DNA from: Mytilus trossulus
Taxonomy: Eukaryota
Assembly (NCBI RefSeq): GCF_036588685.1
Contig: NC_086373.1
Coordinates: 64,604,001-64,668,000, forward strand
DNA length: 64,000 nucleotides
Direction: 5' to 3'
Below are positions 12,761-24,755 of the stretch, piece by piece; within the stretch, counting starts at the first letter, position 1, and each line of letters starts with the position of its first letter. Both the position numbers and the translations under genes were made by a program. The notes under the pieces were generated by a model. The model worked only from the letters and a program-made list of their open reading frames with translations, searched no databases and was not told the DNA's origin.

Positions 12761-12910
12761 TTATAGGATTAGATACATTATTTCTAGAGGTTATTGATGT
12801 TTAAACCGGGGCGATTAACTCACAAACTGAATAAAAGTCCGAGTTTGTGAGTAAGAGCCCTGGTTAACACATCAATAACCTCTAGAAAAAAATGTTTTTA
12901 ATCCTTATAA
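12761..12910. repeat. 150-bp imperfect palindrome, probably the end of a non-autonomous element extending to ~13530
   Basis: tttctagaggttattgatgt / acatcaataacctctagaaa and actcacaaact / agtttgtgagt arms. Confidence 0.7.
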
Positions 12911-14639
12911 TTCTTCAGCCAAACATTTGTGATATTTAATTAACATTTTTTTTTGTTGATGGCTACTATATATATATTTACCATCAAAAGCACAATGGCA
13001 AGTCGTAACTAAGGAGTACGCCGCAATCTTGACTTTCTAAAAACCAGAAATGTCCGATAAATACAACGGAATCTTAAATGAAATAGCACGTACCTACCTC
13101 AAAACTTTCATTTTAATTTTAAATGTTATTTGAAGCGTACACGTAACGAAATAATCATTCCCTTGAAAAATTCCATGCATAATTATGACGTCGTGTTTTG
13201 CCATGACGTAAATTCGCCAAATCCTTCATGAAATTTCGCGGAATTTTATTAAATTTTATTTATAAATTATACATTTTCAAAGCTTTAGTGCATTAAATTA
13301 TTTGTTTTGTTATATATGCACTAGAATAGTCACAACCGTTCTGAAATTGTTTTTAAATCTCAAATTATCGGGAAATCCCGGAATTACTGAAAGCTTGTGT
13401 ATCGCGCATGAATAGATTACAGAAGTGGTTTCGGAAACATGGATTGGTTTATCAAATTGTAAACTTAGAGAAAAATTCTAATTGACCAATCCAATTCAAG
13501 TATTTATAGATATGCAAATCATATAAGAATTATATGAAAATAACACTTTTGAAATTTTGTGCATTCAAAAAGCGATTCTAGATTAACCTTCACCATGAAC
13601 CTTTTAAAAACCCGAAAATTTGAAGCCAAAGATGTTTATTAAATACATGAATACGCGAAATTCTATATAACCAAGTTGCATAGTTATTGAAGAAACAGCA
13701 TAACCTAGCAATGTCTAGTTTTGAGTTGGGACCTTGATTTCTTTAAAAGTTCTTAATTATCAACGATCAGGGAAATATGCAGTTCGTCAGGACAATATCA
13801 CACAAAAATAATAAACAATTCCAGAACACGATATTATGATGAATAAATTTTCATCTCTACGGGAGGATTTCACAATACTAGTTCGATACAGGGTTAAAAA
13901 CGGCAAATTATAACAACTCTTATACAACTAGTTTTAAGAAAATAAATTTTATAAAAGGTTTCTTACAAGCTGAGCTATATAAACTTCAGTGGGCCTCAAA
14001 ATATGAGTCTTGCATCTTTAGCAATAAATCCTTACACAATTTAAAGTTTTATTGGTTTACATTTCAAACTGAAAGTATTTTGTGTACTTAAAAGTGCCTT
14101 ATTAAATATGAAGTAATGAATTACAACAGTTTATTTCTTAAATACGAACCCATTACAATTTCACTATAGAAACACTATACATTGTACTGGACCGGTTTTA
14201 CTAGTCAATAAACTAAAATTGTAATTGTATCATTCTTATTTCAAAGGGCACCAAGATAGCGGATGATCTATGAATGTTATCTTGCCTTGACTATTCCTTA
14301 TTGGTTAACAAGATTTGAACATCGGTTAAGTATTATATCTCCGCATGTTGACATTTTAATGGCAAAACAGTAGTTATATTTCAAACTTTTGACAACTCAA
14401 AGTATTTTGATTTTATAAAAATGGATTGTTCATGTATTGAATTATAAGATTTACTATAATATATATAATATAAAATTAAAACTATATTTGATTTACTATC
14501 ATAAAGTAAAGCTATCGTGAATATTTGTCATGTTTATATTTTAAATGCCTTTAAGATCAGCAAACAATCTATCTGTATATAAGTATAATGAGATTTTTGA
14601 ACTAGTAGCTTTGAGAAGCTTAGTTGAGTAAAGATCATC

Positions 14640-16302
14640 ATGGCTTCCTTTGAATCATTACAAAAAGCTCAAATTCCACTCTGCTCATTCTGTAAACTAG
14701 AAAAGAAAACAGAATGGAAATGCATAGATTGCGATAAGCATCTCTGTTATGAGTGCAAAATGTTTCATCTGTGGAATATTAATTGGAGTGAACATAAAAT
14801 ATTATGGACCAGGTCTTCAGTTACAGAGGGATTAAGTGATAGTGCAGAACTTGTTGACATTTGTTGCACAAAACATGAAAGCTATTACAATACAAATTAT
14901 TGTTTGCATTGTAAGCAACTTGTTTGTCCAGAATGTATAGCTTTGGGACCGCTACATTTCCAACATGACAACGTAACAATATATAAGCGTCATGAAGAGA
15001 GTTTGAAAGAACTTGAAAATTTAAGAAAAACAATTGAAAAAGATATTTTTCCAATTATTCAGAAAAAAAAAGGAATCTTTAATATCATTTGACATTACCT
15101 GTGAAGAAAAATATGAAACCGAAAGAAAAAAAATTGAAGAGCAGGCAGAAAAGTTGAAAGACCTTATTTCGCTATGTACAAGTAACGTAGTAGAGTCTTT
15201 AGGAAATGTTTTGATCAGGAACAGGAATTTAATAAGAGAAGAAATATCACAGCTTGAACAAATACAGAAAGAGTTGAAAATTGAAATTAAAAATATAAAT
15301 GTAACAAGAATGAATGATAACATTAGGGACATATTACGTGAGGTTGTAAACATTTCAAGTCGCATTCAAAAGAACAGTGATATATCAGTTTACTTTCCTC
15401 GAGAATTGGCTACGTTTTATCCTTTAAACGCCACATCATCCGACATCAATGCTGTTATAGGATGTTTAGAGTACCACAATATAGCAACTGAAGTGCATAT
15501 TGGACATCCTATTCATTCTTATAAATTAGCTCAACAGATTAGTGATAATAGCTCACTAGCGGTTGCTAAAGATGGAACCATATATGTTTCCGATCATTGT
15601 GTTTCCATTGAATTGAAACCCAATGAGAAGCCTAAAAGAATTACACATCAATCAGATATTGTAGATTTGGCTACGTCGGAACAATCAGAACTGCTTTTTC
15701 TTACAAAGGGAGACAATTGTGATCAGATAAGAAGTGGCAGTGCAGACGTTATGGCAATTTACTCACTTCCAAACAGCAAAAATGTAACTCTAGCACTTTG
15801 TGTTTGTGAAAAGGGCAAAGTCTTGGTTCTTTACGTCAAAGAGGTCGCATCATCCACATTCAAAAGCGAATTTTCAGTTAAACTTAGAATTGATATAATC
15901 TCAAAAGATGGAATATTGATAAAAATAATAAAATGTCAGTTTCCTTACAAATGGAATACATCCTCAATAAACAGATTTAGAATGAAAGAGAATATTAATG
16001 GACATATTTGTATCTTGTGCGTAGAACAAGACGAAGTTTTCGATTTGAATAAAGACGGAAAGGTCAATTGGAAATACTCGATGTGTCAGGTAAACGATAT
16101 AGAGACAACATCGGTCGGCAATATTATCGTATCAGGAAGATACTGTAAAACACTGAGAGTTCTAAGCTGTGATGGAAAACTACTAACAACAATACAACTT
16201 AACCTTAGAAGACCCGAAACATACAATATATGTTTGAAAAACTGTAGAGAACTTGTAATCGTTAGCAGAAAGGAAATTTTTATTCTATCTTTTCCAATAT
16301 GA
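14640..16302 (+). CDS. TRIM-like B-box/B-box/coiled-coil/beta-propeller gene, copy 2; one frameshift in an A9 run
   Basis: ORFs 14640-15092 and 15034-16302 join if A9 (15063-15071) is A8 (cag aaa aaa aag gaa tct = QKKKES), matching copy 1 IEDKSKS. Zn ligands are intact (CSFC, CIDC, CYEC..H, CTKH, CLHC, CPEC). Shares its C-terminus (LSFPI) and the upstream motif aatctatctgtatat with copy 1. Confidence 0.8.
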
Positions 16303-17005
16303 AAATAGCTAGTCTATTTTGGGACGCATGTCATCCTATAATATCTAGTTAAACACACTGTGATATATATCGTTTGATACTCCATCAATTTAGTAACTTG
16401 TCAGCTTTAAAAAAAATAAGTAAAGCGTTTTATCATTGCCGTCTCTGGTCGTTTGTTCCTGCATTTATCAGTTCCGTCAAAAACAGGAGATGATAAAATA
16501 TTGTCTTGGCGAATATCCATCTACTTTGATATTCAAGAGTTATGGTGTTTAAACCAATTTGTATTCATAATGTATAGTAGATGCTTAACTTTTGTTGGGC
16601 GAAAGACTAATCACTTGTTTTTGTTTTGAAATCAACCCAATGTTATAGAATGAGATGGGTTAAGCTAATTTATCAACAATATGCATTGTTATTGAATTTC
16701 TTGCAAAACGTTTTGTATATTGTATTGATTAAGAATGAAATGCACTGTTAATTTTATATTTATAATTTCATTCGTTTAAACGGGCAGTGCATTAGAATGA
16801 AATTAATTTCTCCTGGGTGTTTCATCATATGTAGCATAGAGGGCGTAATGTTTTCCCGCTTTAAAATTATTTTCGCGGTATTTTAATGCCTATGTAATCA
16901 TTCACCACGACATCGTCAATCTGAGCAGTCGAATTTTCTTGGTAAATTTTAATTCTGGTTAAAGTTTATTCAGCTTTTATTTGGAGAGTTTTTTGTTTGA
17001 TACTG

Positions 17006-17118
17006 ATGTTTGAATTATATATTATATGTGTAGATATATATGTTTGAATTATATATTATATGTGTAGATATATATGTTTGAATTATATATTATATGTGTA
17101 GATATATATGTTTGAATT
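17006..17118. repeat. 34-bp minisatellite, ~3.3 copies
   Basis: atgtttgaattatatattatatgtgtagatatat at 17006, 17040 and 17074. Confidence 0.9.
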
Positions 17119-17233
17119 GTATTCATTTCTTATTAAATATAGAGCATCGGCGTTGTCGTTCGACTATCAACTTTACAAAGTCTTTTTTATTTATTATAGC
17201 CTTTTATGGCGTGTATATTCAGAGTGTATATGT

Positions 17234-17323
17234 ATACTTAGATATTTGGTACAAGTATTGGTTATACTTGGATAATTGGTACAAGTATTGATTATACTTG
17301 GTTATTTGGTGCAAGTATTGGTT
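17234..17323. repeat. 30-bp minisatellite, 3 copies
   Basis: tatactt(a/g)ga..tttggtacaagtattg repeated at a 30-bp period. Confidence 0.8.
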
Positions 17324-18814
17324 TTATGTCTACATTGATCATGGGTGGTTTGTACCAGGAGAAATTGAAATCTTAATACAAAAATTGAACGATAAATAAT
17401 TATCCTATTCATCGGATGAAAGATGAGTCAATTATTTCCGTCATATGCTTTCATGTCGTTAGACCTTACTACTTATAAAAACAATACCTTTTCTTTTTGT
17501 TCATACTAATGATAATTCTTTTTGTAGTGACATTAATATAAACAGTTACATCCGCTGCTAATTGATACTGTGACAGTTTCTATGTATCTATCATTTCGAC
17601 CACACACGGGTTCATTATCTGCACATAGTTTCATAAGGCTTTTAATAGGATTATAATCATTCTGTAACTGTAGTTCGATCGTTTGAGTTGTATAATAAAT
17701 ATTAGTATTTTACTTGGAGTCTACTTGATATATATGTAGCAAAAGATGCCACACTTTTAAATACGCAAAGTGTGTGCATATGCAAAAGTAGTCGACAATG
17801 TGGGAAAGGAAAATAGTTTCGGAACAAAATTGAATAATTCGGCTTCCCAATTGTTAATTTTAATTTTTGGACCAGGAGTTCCAAATGGTGAAGTTGAAAT
17901 CAACACTTTGTAAATTTTACGGACGCCATCATGGGTTGGTTGACCGTTGTGTTATATCCGTTGCATATATGGTATCGGATATGTTCCTTGTGTCGTAACT
18001 ACAAAACAGTTCCCTTTAAACAAATGTGACCAATCTAGTTAGACTATTTACCGACTTGGTAATAACATGAGCAATACGACGGGTGCCGCGTGATGAGCAG
18101 GATCAGCTTCCAACCCGGGGCACCTGCGATCGCCCCCAGGTTTTGGTGGGGTTCGTGTTGCTGTTGTACCCCTATTTGTGACATGCTTACCTATTGTGTC
18201 TGTTTGTTTTGTTCACAGATGCGACTGTCATACAAGTGAGAGGTTGAGCGCTTTAAAACCAGCTTCAATCAACTTCATGTTCTACATAAGTCTTCCTAGC
18301 CAGGAATATGATAGTTGTTATCCATTCGTTTGATGTGCTTGAGTTTTTGATTTTGTCATTTGATTAGGAACTTTTCCTCAGAGTTCAGTATTTTTGTGAT
18401 TTCACTTTATACAGAGTTAGCTCAAAGAAGGAACGTTATGAAACATTCACAAATTGAACAGCGCCAACGGAACAATTGTTCAGTGTAGTCAATGGTATTT
18501 GAGATACAATATTTTTTTTTTGACGCTTATAAATACAGAAACGAATTAATGCTGGTAACGTCTGATGTTTAGCCAAATGCTGGACACAACCAAGACTTCT
18601 TTCTGAAGTATTTCGAGAAGCATTCGTCACATATTTTAATGAAAAATTATAAATTGATACTGGCAGAACCTTTCGGAATATTATGTTCTAAATGCTCTTC
18701 AATTGGGATTTTTTATTTGGCCTTTTATTTATATATCGTTTTAATAATTTAGCATCACGGTTGAGTCTTTTGAGGAGGGAACATACGTAAAAATGGCGTA
18801 AATAACTATAATAT

Positions 18815-19070
18815 AAAAAAGAAGATGTGGTATGATTGCCAATGAGACAACTATCCACAAAAGACCAAAATGACACACACATTTTAAACAACTATAAGTC
18901 ACCAAACGGCTTCAACAATGAGCAAAGCCCATACCGCATAGTCAGCTATAAAAGGCCCCGATAAGACAATGTAAAACAATTCAAACGAGAAAACTAACGG
19001 CCTTATTTATGTAAAAATAATGAACGAAAAACAAATATGTAACACATAAACAAACGGCAACCACTGAATA
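18815..19070 (+). repeat. Dispersed SINE-like repeat, family A
   Basis: Near-identical reverse complement of 2131-2380. Confidence 0.8.
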
Positions 19071-19550
19071 ACATGTAGAATGAAACTGATACTTTTTATA
19101 TCACTGAAGAATTTCTGCCGAGTTTTTGTTGTGCTAATAGTCACAGGGACTCGGTTAGCAGATTAAAATTTTGTAAATCAATGTTTTCAATTTCTTTTTT
19201 ATTATTTCCTGTCTATTTGCATTACTTTATTAAAACGTATTTCACGTTGCCATCACTATTTACCTGTGCTAATAGTTTGACTTTTAGATTAAAAACCAGA
19301 AAAACATAGGACTGAGTCTAGTATTAAATGTTTTTCTTTCGAAAATGTTTAAATATAGAAATTAAATATTGTGATTTTGAAACTTTATACGAAATGTAAG
19401 CAAGTGGTCGTCACATTTTAGAAAGACTGAATTAAGTACTACTGATCTTCATTTAAACAAACTTACTTTCTTCTCGCATTATGAAATAATTCTTTACTCA
19501 TTCTTTAAACGACTAAATAAGGGATCCCGCACGTAGGTAACCTGTTGGTT

Positions 19551-22500
19551 TAGTCTCGATAACCCAGACGCATATTTAAATATAGCGTCTGGGGTGATTA
19601 ACCGGACTGGTCAGAAATTTATAGGGGGCGTATCAAATAATTAAATATAGAACATATCTATCTATAGCACTTCCGTTATCCCCATTATATTTCAAAATAA
19701 CAACAGTAAACAGTGTAACATTACATGTATATCACTATATGCGACTATTAAAACTGACATTCTTGTAGCTGATCCTATGTTGCCCAACTTGCAGATGAGC
19801 AATTTTAAAAGAACGATCAAAAGCTGTAATTAGCGGTGATCTCTTGTCTGAATTTCAAGTGTACACATTTAAAAAATAAATTAAAGAAAGACATGATTTT
19901 TTTTCGTGGGAAAAATTTGGTTGATTATAGAAGGAAACACTGTAGCATGACTGTATAGTGCCCTCCTTATAACAAGTTCTTGATCAGCAACTGGTTGTGT
20001 ATAGAGGATACCACGCGTAGAGAGGGATCGGTAGGTGGACCGTTGTACTTAAAGCTGCAATACAATATACCTCAAGTTTCTGGCGAGTTATGATATTTCG
20101 AACATGTATCCCGAAAAAGCTATAATTTAGGACATCATCTTTATAATTATTATTTTTTTTCGTCCTGAACATTACCATTATTTACCACATAACCAAGCAA
20201 CCCAAAAGTCAATCTATTTTCATATTATAACACACCACGTCAATATTCTCTTATCTTCATACTATAAAGTACCATTTTTCTCTATTTTCATACCACTATA
20301 TATATTCTCTAATCTTTATATTGTATCACATCGTCCTGAACATGCACGAAATATTTCCCACTTGACCTTAAGCAACCAACAGTCGGTATATTGTAGCCAC
20401 ATTATGTATTCCTTATTTTTAATTTTAATCTCTGGTTTTGTCTCATTTTTAGTTCTGTAAATTCTTGTTATAATTCATGCTTTCCTTTTTATAATAATCT
20501 TTCAGATATTTGACGCACTTACCTTACTCGAAAAGCACACATCAAGTTACGTTTATGGAAAGAAAAACAACAAAAATGATTACAATGGTGAAAACCTTGC
20601 TCAACTTATCACTGGCAGATCAATGAGATCACACAACGAGTCAACTCAATGTTTATTTACACAATTTTAACTGATCTTAAAATTGCTAACTATAGAATAG
20701 TCTGAATGTTTCACCAATAATCTAAATCGCCTTATCCCTTTGGGAAGAAATCATTTGAGGACCAACCGTCACACAATACCACTTTACATTTGGGGACCAA
20801 CCTTCACACAAAACCACTTTGCCAGTCTCTGTGTCTATTAAGAAATACAGAAGTTTACTAGTCATTCATGAAACCCAATACTCTTTGAATGCATGTTTGA
20901 ATCAATCACATGGAAAAGATGGAATGGGATTTATCCCATACTGCATGATAACTTGTACAAAAAATAACTGAAAAGTGATTTCCCCTACTACAAACTATTA
21001 AAATATCCATTATGTATTAAAGGGCAGCTTAAAAAAAACCAACAACTTCGAATTCTCCTGTACATGTGTACCTTTATATAAAATAAGGAGATTGGTATGA
21101 TTGCTAATGAGGCAACAACCCAGCAGAGTTCAAATGACATGGATATTCGCAAATATAATCACTGCTCGGCCTTCAATATTAAGAAAACTCCATACCAGAT
21201 AGTTAACTGAGAAGGGCAATACATGTAAATGAGATACAACGTGAAAACTGTTAAATTGTTTATATGATTTTTAATTCGTTAATACAGATCTTAATTATCT
21301 GACATATCTGAAAACAATGTGATGTTTGTTGTATTTACTTAATATATGGCTGTGTACCTTTTTTTCGCTTTGTGGTTGCTGTCAAAATAATGTTAACCCA
21401 TAATTTTTTATACTGCGATTTATTTATAATGATTGTGGCTTCAGTAATGAAAAATAAAATGTTTGAATCTTTTTTCTTATAAAATTGAAAATGTTTATGA
21501 TACAATGAAAATTCGAATATTTATTTAGATTTTTTTTTAATTCTTCACATTTTGCACATAACATCTGTGTCCCGAAATCATCATTGGTTTGTCTACAAAA
21601 TAAAGTAAATGTTAAATTCATATTACTTTTTGGTCACAAGCATAGAATATATATGAAAAACAAAATGTTTGGAAAAAAAACATTATATATAGAAATATAC
21701 ATTTAAAAATGTATTGGTGCAAGCGGAATCCCGCTACGGGATGAGAGATTATCTCGCTGTGGTGATGACACGACCCATTTGTGGCATTGGGTTGTTTCCT
21801 GCTCTTTTGTCGGGTTGCTGTCTCTTTGACACATTCCCTGTTTGCATTCTCTATCAAAATCATGCATGAATTTTTATCATTGTTAAAGGCCATACAGTTG
21901 CCTATACATGCTCTCGTCCACCTCATTGGAACTTGGGGTGGATAGTTGTCTCATTGGTATTCATACCGCATGTTCTTACATGTATAATGTTGACCTTTTG
22001 GTACTTTTATGCTCAACTTTTGTTTAAATCAACAGTTTGTACTCTTAATCATGTTGATGTCTACTTTTCGTAATTTATGTCATTGGGTTCACCGGTTGCT
22101 GTCTCATTGACACCTCCTTTCATTGATGCTGCATCTATTGTTTTACTGTCTATTGTTTTGCATAAAATCGAATTTTCAGTGTATTCCTCATGCCATGGTT
22201 TTGTTTCAAATTTTAGATAGCCAATTGGTATATATTCACTGACAACATTTGTAACCTTTTATGGACTGTTTTTGAGTGTGAAAAAATGCCTCTTAAAAGT
22301 GCAAAAAAGTATTTATCTTTATTTAGGTGACCAGTCCAGACTTTGTTTACTAACAGTATATTAAAATTACTTTTCATAACAACGTGTCCCACTTCTTATA
22401 TGTTTGTATAAGCTAAATGCATTTGCTTTAAAAAAAAAATCGAGCATACATCATTTTGACCGTTTGGTGTATGTACAAAATCAGTGACATCTTCTATATA

Positions 22501-23699
22501 TAGCTAGATATACTTTGTTTGTTTTTCTTCTGCGTATGGTTTTGGATTGCGTTCCCTCCTTCAAATGTGTATAACATTGCGCATCTCTCCTCTCCCCCCC
22601 CTTTTTTTTTTTTACACATATCAAGATGCAAACTCCCTTTAATATACACTACAGATAAATACAACAAACTTGTCTTGGATGAAGTTCATATTTCGGCGAC
22701 ATATCACTTTTCCATCAAGTATTTTTAAAGGTAACAACCCCAAATATATTTATAGCGTACACACGACACTTCGAGTGTTCCCAGTCAATACAAAAATTGC
22801 CATTTATTGTATAATTATTTACTTGCTTGCGAAGCACGGACATGCATGAAAGAATATAACTACTCGATGTTTCAGGTTGCATAAAAATTTATGTAACAGT
22901 TTGTGTTGTTATATTATCTTACCAAGGTTTGATGTGCTGTTATTTTCCTTCGCGGTCATGGAAGCCATGCTGTCTGGTGTTTTCCAGGATTTGTATGTCG
23001 TCACAAAAAATATATAAATAGCTTTAAACAACAATCGGTACACTCGGGCTTTTCAATAGTATTATCGTAAGACAATTTCTTCCGAAGTCAATAACCAACT
23101 TCTTGGTTATTCGTCTTGGTCATTATCTTTAAAAACAAGCTAAAAAGCCGATACAATTCCGAGTGTCATAAATTACCATTTTTATGGCCACAGACCACAA
23201 TTAATTCCTCTATCTGTTCTTTAGAACGTTTTGTATCATTAAAAAAATTGCACCGAATCTTTTTGTCTAGTTTTTTGTGTGAGTAATGTATAGTTCAAGT
23301 CCAAAAATATATCCAAAATTCAGAAAGATTGCTTTCACACATCTTACAAATTTAGCCAATACACATCCATACCCCTATTGACAAGTCAAGAGATGTTCCG
23401 AAAACTTTAAATATTACCTTTTTGCACTTGGCCTAATCACTCATTCCATATCAAAATCAGTTTGAATACAACATGCAAACAATTATTTCACCTCTCTTCT
23501 TCCATTTCCACCCAAAAAAATCTAAGAAATGAGTGAGGAAGGGAAAGAAAAAAAATTAAGGCAAAATACACTGTAATTAAAAGGAACTATATTCGTGGAC
23601 AACGAAAAGCGGGGTCATTAATTGTGGTCTTGGGCCTTATATCACTTGTCATCCAGACGCTCTACTTTGAAAAATAAAGCGGCTGGATGATCGAGACTA
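19551..23699. mobile_element. 4149-bp non-autonomous DNA transposon with TAG...CTA termini, subterminal hairpins and a 9-bp TSD (Academ/AcademH-like by termini)
   Basis: Left end tagtctcgataacccagacgc; reverse complement of right end tagtctcgatcatccagccgc (10-bp perfect, 21-bp imperfect TIR). Direct repeat ctgttggtt at 19542-19550 and 23700-23708. ccagacgc...gcg(t/g)ctgg hairpins just inside both ends. Confidence 0.8.
23184..23639. mobile_element. MITE nested in the 4.15-kb element
   Basis: tatggccacagaccacaattaat vs attaattgtggtcttgggcctta. Confidence 0.65.
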
Positions 23700-23884
23700 C
23701 TGTTGGTTGTGATTTTAAGGCAATATGTCTGCATATATCCACCACGCCCCTAGCGGCAGTCCTTATTATCACAGTTCACATTACATGTGTACTTTATTCT
23801 CTTCCTGGATCAGTATAAAATGTTTTGGCATTGGACGTTAAGTTAGCAAAAATCAATCGATCAGATACAAAGGGATTGCGTTAA

Positions 23885-24621
23885 GGTTTATGTACCCTTC
23901 TGTAGCCATTTTTGTACGAATTTTTCAAACCTCAATTGTATCAAAACTACAGATATAATGAATAATAGAGATAGACCTTTTAGTACATATTCCAAGGGGA
24001 AACTTGATGCAAAGCATTAATTTTTACTGTTTCATTGCATTTGGTAGAAAAAGAGGACTTTGTGGCAAATAAATCAAGATTTTTATAGAAAATCCACAGC
24101 CTTTAATACAGAGATTTTTGTTATAAAATTTGAAACATAAATTACTCACTTGATTTTCTATGATGTGCTAGTGTTTATTTTTTAAAAAGTTCTAAGCAAC
24201 CAGGAAATTCCAAAACACCTCGTGCTGAGTCACTAAAGTCGAGCGCACCCTAAAAGGTGTACTTGATTTTGGCCATATTTATATTTGTTTTAACCAATAA
24301 CTACATTTATAAACTTGTTTTAAGGAAATCAATGCTAGCACTGCATGCAATAATCCTATATCTATCAGTCATCAATTGGCCAAATATGAGAGTACAAGGA
24401 TAAAGGCTGTGGATTTTCTATAAAAATCTTGATTTATTTGCCACAAAGTCCACTTTTTCTATGAAATGCAATGGAAGAGTAAACAATTATGCTTTACATC
24501 AAGTTTCCCCTAGGAATATGTACAAAAGGCCCTATCTCTATTAATCATTATATCTGTAGTTTTGATACAATTGAAGTTTAAAAAGTTCGTACAAAAATGG
24601 CTACAGAAGGGTACATAAACC
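23885..24621. mobile_element. MITE with ~225-bp TIRs and TTAA TSD (Kolobok-like GG...CC termini)
   Basis: ttaa|ggtttatgtacccttctgtagccatttttgtacgaa ... ttcgtacaaaaatggctacagaagggtacataaacc|ttaa. Confidence 0.88.
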
Positions 24622-24755
24622 TTAAGGTTATTTTATTATTGCTGAATTCCATTTCGATAACCGTTTTGTAATAAACCAGGACGATCGACATAGCTTCAAA
24701 TGATACTGTAGGGAATAATCTTTATATCCTGTGAGGTTTTTTTTATTTACTTCAG

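Noticed and set aside
15061-15075. Classical -1 programmed ribosomal frameshift at A AAA AAA
   Set aside because: Restoring the frame needs +1 (or -2), not -1, and no stimulatory structure was evident.
17006-17323. Short direct repeats resembling a CRISPR array
   Set aside because: Head-to-tail minisatellites with no unique spacers; eukaryotic context and no cas genes.
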